A stretch of DNA of 20,687 nt. Source: an uncultured Polyangiaceae bacterium (GTDB lineage Bacteria > Myxococcota_A > Polyangia > Polyangiales > Polyangiaceae). Both the position numbers and the translations under genes were made by a program. Below the pieces are notes generated by a model. The model was not told where the DNA came from. It saw nothing but the letters and a program-made list of their open reading frames with translations, and did not search any database. Every line of letters begins with the position of its first letter. Positions within the stretch are counted from its first letter, which is position 1. The stretch covers positions 37,361 through 58,047 of the forward strand of contig CAYNEK010000026.1 of NCBI GenBank assembly GCA_964396175.1. The letters run 5' to 3'. This document shows positions 13,861 to 20,687 of this stretch, piece after piece.

Positions 13861-15978
13861 CTACGGTGTCTGCGCCGTCACGTCCGCCGTCACCACCCCC
13901 TCCGGTCGTGGCGTCGCCTCACCCTCCTCACACGCCGGCAACACCACGCGGAAGCTCGAGCCGCGATCGAGCTGGGTCGTCACCTCGATCGCCCCCCCAG
14001 CCGCCTCCACGATCCGCTGCGAGATCGCGAGACCGAGCCCCGTGCCGCGGGGCTTCGTCGTGAAAAAGGGCATAAAGAGGCTCTTCTCGACGGACGGCGC
14101 CATCCCGGGCCCCTCGTCCGTCACCGCGATCTCGACCGACGCCCGTCCCGCCTGCTCCCCGAAGGCGCGCGACAGGACCCGCCCGCGCGACGAGATGGTC
14201 ACCATCCCGCGACCTCCCATCGCCTGCTGCGCGTTCTGCACGAGGTTCAAGATCACCTGGCGGAGCTTCTCGGGATCGATGCGCACCATGGGCAAGTCAT
14301 CGGCAAGATCGGCCGTGACCTCGATGCCCGCGAGGTCGGGCGTGAGGATCTGCAGCGTGCGACGAAGGACGCCGTTCGCGTCGATGGGTGGGGACGGGCC
14401 GGCGGGCGGACGCGCGTAGTCGAGGACGTTCGTGACGACGGTGTTCAGCCGATCGACCTCTTCGAGGATGACGCCGAGCAGATCCTTCGTCCCGAGGTCG
14501 AGGGGCTTGCCCTCCTCGGGATCGGCGAGCAGCTCCGCCGCGCCCTTGATCGCGCCGAGCGGGTTCTTGATCTCGTGCGCGAGGCCCGCGGAGAGCTGCC
14601 CGAGCGCCGCCAGACGATCCTTGATCTTGAGGCGGACGAACGCGCGCGAGTTTTCGAGCGCCACCGTGAGCTGCGCGGCGAGCGCGTCGAGCAAGCCGAC
14701 GTCCTCCGGCGAGAACGCGTCGCGGACGCGCACGTCGGCGATGACCCACAGCCCGACCGGCTCGCGCGGATCTCCGAGCGTGAAGATCACGCCCTCGGCG
14801 AGCGGTCCGAGCGTGCCGGCCGCCGCGAGGATCCCTGCGACCGCCGCCTCCCCACGCTCGTCACGCTCGCGCAGCACCTCGTCGAGGACGACGGGCCCTC
14901 GAGCCCGCGCCCGCTCGAACAGCGGCGCGAGGGCCGCGATCTCGACGAGCCGGGGCGGCTCGCACCCCGCCGCGAGGCTGAGATCGAAGGTGACGCCGTC
15001 GGGCGCGCGGAGGTAGAGCGCGGCCCCGGTGATCCGCCGCGACGCGGTGAGGCCCACCGTGACGATCGTCGCGATCTGGTCCACCTCGACCGCGCGCGCG
15101 AGCCGCCCGCGCACGTCGTGGGCCGTCTGCTCGAGATCGAAGCGCTCGCGGAAGAAGGTCCGATGGATCTGCTCCTCGACCCTCTGCCGCATCGGCTCGA
15201 AGAGGACGAGCACGACGACCGCCGCGAGGATGGCGTTCAGGTACATCGTCGAGAAGCGCCCGATGACCGTGACGCAGAGGTAGAAGATCCCCGCGAGCAA
15301 GAAGGCGAGCAGCGTCGCGACGACGATGCGCCCGAAGAGCTCGTAGAGGCCGAGGAGCCGCTCCTCGATGAGCGCCTGCGCGATCGCGAACAGGAAGATC
15401 ACCGACAGGGCCGATCCCACCGGCGGCAGCTCCGCGCCGATGAACCACAAGAACTCGGCGAGGCTCGTCCCGAGCGCGAGCGCGCCCGTCGTCACCAGGT
15501 ACTGGACGCGGCGCTTGATGGCCCGCGACGTCGAGCGCTGCCCTCGACGTGCAAGCGCGTAGAGCCCCGCCGCGAAGAACCCGCCGACATACGCGTACAC
15601 GATCCCACGCGCCCAGCCCTGCCCGTGCCAGTCCGAGAGCACGAGCAGCGTGACCGGGATCGCGATGAACATCGCCGCACGTCGCAGCCGGGGTGGCACG
15701 CTGCGGGGCGTCGGGAGGATCGCCTCGAAGAGCTCGAGCGACAGGATCGGCAAGAAGACCGACAGGATCGCCGTGAAGCGCGCCCAGATGCTCGCCTGGA
15801 AGAAGCCATAGAGCGCCTGCGCCGAGTACCAGAGCGCGAGATCTGCAGCGAAGAGCGAGAAGACGACGTGCGACCGGCGCGACCGCGCACGGAGCAGCAC
15901 CGCCCCCGCGATGGCGAGCGCGAGCGCGGCGCAGAGGACGAGGGTTCTCTTGCGGACGTCGGAGCCGAAGTCGACCAC
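13861..15978 (-). CDS. Sensor histidine kinase, 705 aa: N-terminal polytopic membrane domain (about 8 TM), GAF-like domain, HisKA dimerisation/phosphoacceptor domain, and HATPase_c. The start is probably GTG at 15978.
   Basis: H-box LAHEIKNPLGAIKGAAELL; N-box LNLVQNAQQA; G1 DEGPGM; G2 GTGLGLAIS. Hydrophobic N-terminus (LVLCAALALAIAGAVLL, FIAIPVTLLVL, IVVATLLAFLLAGIFYL etc.). Confidence 0.88.
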   Translation of the reverse strand: MVDFGSDVRKRTLVLCAALALAIAGAVLLRARSRRSHVVFSLFAADLALWYSAQALYGFFQASIWARFTAILSVFLPILSLELFEAILPTPRSVPPRLRRAAMFIAIPVTLLVLSDWHGQGWARGIVYAYVGGFFAAGLYALARRGQRSTSRAIKRRVQYLVTTGALALGTSLAEFLWFIGAELPPVGSALSVIFLFAIAQALIEERLLGLYELFGRIVVATLLAFLLAGIFYLCVTVIGRFSTMYLNAILAAVVVLVLFEPMRQRVEEQIHRTFFRERFDLEQTAHDVRGRLARAVEVDQIATIVTVGLTASRRITGAALYLRAPDGVTFDLSLAAGCEPPRLVEIAALAPLFERARARGPVVLDEVLRERDERGEAAVAGILAAAGTLGPLAEGVIFTLGDPREPVGLWVIADVRVRDAFSPEDVGLLDALAAQLTVALENSRAFVRLKIKDRLAALGQLSAGLAHEIKNPLGAIKGAAELLADPEEGKPLDLGTKDLLGVILEEVDRLNTVVTNVLDYARPPAGPSPPIDANGVLRRTLQILTPDLAGIEVTADLADDLPMVRIDPEKLRQVILNLVQNAQQAMGGRGMVTISSRGRVLSRAFGEQAGRASVEIAVTDEGPGMAPSVEKSLFMPFFTTKPRGTGLGLAISQRIVEAAGGAIEVTTQLDRGSSFRVVLPACEEGEATPRPEGVVTADVTAQTP

Positions 15979-15996
15979 GCGCCGCCGCTCGACCGG

Positions 15997-16358
15997 CTAC
16001 TTCTTCGTGGTGCCCCTGTCGGCGCCCGCGCCGGGGCTCCACGGATCAGGCTCGGGCTTCGAGACCTCGGTGCCCGGCGCTTCGGGTGCGGGCGCGGCCT
16101 CGGCGGGATCGTCGCCACGCCACGGGCTCGGCGCAGCCTGGGCGACGTCCGTCTTCGTGATAGGGCTCGAGCCGTGGATCGGATGCTTCCACGGATCGGG
16201 CTCGGGCTTCGCGACCGGTGCGCACGGAGACGGCGTCGTGGTGAGCGCCTCGGACGTCGAGGCGACGTCGACCTCGTCGCGCGTCGCCTCGTCGACGTCG
16301 GTCACGCACCCGCCGACGAGGAGGGCGAGGAGAACGAGCAAGGGACCAGCCAGACGCA

Positions 16359-16359
<1 letters not shown>
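15997..16359 (-). CDS. Small (120 aa) Pro/Ala/Asp-rich lipoprotein with a lipobox signal peptide (MRLAGPLLVLLALLVGGC) and an internal duplicated KPEPDPW motif. Its ATG overlaps the stop of the upstream EBP gene (TGATG), and it ends 19 nt before the histidine kinase start.
   Basis: Lipobox L-V-G-G-C after a hydrophobic h-region and an N-terminal Arg. GGAGG about 10 nt upstream of the ATG, inside the EBP 3' end. The track ORF 15997..16971 is in this frame, but only the last 120 codons are non-overlapping and credible. Confidence 0.6.
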
Positions 16360-19872
<3,513 letters not shown>

Positions 19873-19895
<23 letters not shown>

Positions 19896-20687
19896 GGCGT
19901 GATGCCCACGCCTCGAGGTAGAGCTGCTGGTACGCGAGCGCCGCGCGATCCCAGCCGAAGGGCTGACCCATCGCTGCCGCGCGCATCTTCGCGAGATCGT
20001 GCGCGCGCTCGTGGAACACGTGCGCGGCCTGGCCCATCGTGTCGAGGAGCGCGCGCGGCGACGGCTCGTGGAAGACGAACCCCGTACCCCTCCCCGTCGC
20101 GCCGTCGTAGCCCCACACCGTGTCGGCGAGCCCGCCCGTCGCGCGGACGATGGGGAGCGTCCCGTACCGCAGGCTGTACATCTGGTTCATCCCGCAGGGC
20201 TCGTAGCGCGACGGCATCACGAAGAAATCCGCCCCCGCCTCGATGCGGTGCGCGAGCCCGTCGTCGAAGCGGAGCGCCGCCCGCAGCCTGTCCCCACGCA
20301 TCGCCGCCGCCGCGCCGAACGCGCGCTCGAGCCCAGGATCGCCGCTGCCGAGGACGACGAGCTGGACGTCCGCGTCGAGCAAGGTGGGGAGGATCGAGAC
20401 GAGGAGGTCCATCCCCTTCTGGCTCGTCAGCCGTGTCACGACGCCGAAGAGCGGCACGTCCGCGCGCTCGGGGAGCCCGACCTCGCGCTGGAGAGCCGCC
20501 TTGCACCCCGCCTTGCCGCGCATGTCCTCGGCGGAGTAGCGCGCCGGGAGGTGCGGATCGGTCGCTGGGTCCCACACGCGCTCGTCGACGCCGTTCAAGA
20601 TCCCGACGAGGTCGCTGGCCCGCGCGCGCACGACGCCGTCGAGGCCCGCGCCCTGCTCGCGCGTCTGGATCTCACGCGCGTAGGTCG
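19873..20687 (-). CDS. glgA: Glycogen synthase (ADP-glucose-type GT5), C-terminal roughly 270 aa only. The gene continues beyond the right edge of the window, so its N-terminus is missing.
   Basis: [13 protein letters not shown]..., VVLGSGDP..., [36 protein letters not shown]: the conserved GlgA C-terminal motif block. Confidence 0.85.

Overview
This 20.7-kb window is very GC-rich (roughly 70% or more by eye), has dense coding and strong third-position GC bias. The gene content fits a Myxococcota-type chromosome, with Sorangium/Polyangia as a loose guess; that placement is inference. The content is: (i) tandem direct repeats at the left edge; (ii) a minus-strand fused membrane Fe-S oxidoreductase, cytochrome-b-like TM domain plus HdrD/GlpC-like 2x[4Fe-4S] and CCG domains; (iii) a divergent Hanks-type Ser/Thr kinase with a C-terminal beta-propeller-like domain; (iv) a plus-strand four-gene cluster with start/stop ATGA overlaps at two junctions and a 170-nt gap at the third. 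It encodes a small KcsA-like single-pore cation channel with a non-canonical GYS filter, a YqiJ/NfeD-like OB-fold membrane protein with a His/Asp-rich repeat loop, a YqiK/flotillin (SPFH) protein, and a 1798-aa giant protein carrying a MoxR-class AAA+ module, long coiled coils and a C-terminal PilZ-like domain; (v) a convergent minus-strand module of a sigma-54 enhancer-binding protein (unknown N-terminal domain, TPR, sigma-54 AAA+, Fis HTH, no receiver), a translationally coupled small proline-rich lipoprotein, and a multi-TM GAF sensor histidine kinase; (vi) the 3' part of glgA at the right edge. The most interesting candidate is the channel / YqiJ / flotillin / giant MoxR-PilZ ATPase cluster. 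I do not recognise it as a described system. It looks like a membrane-microdomain (SPFH/NfeD) scaffold coupled to a possibly c-di-GMP-responsive AAA+ mechanoenzyme. Most long ORFs in the supplied track that overlap these genes in other frames are GC-driven artefacts (Arg/Ala/Pro/Gly-rich, no motifs). No tRNA/rRNA, CRISPR, integrase or transposase signatures were seen.
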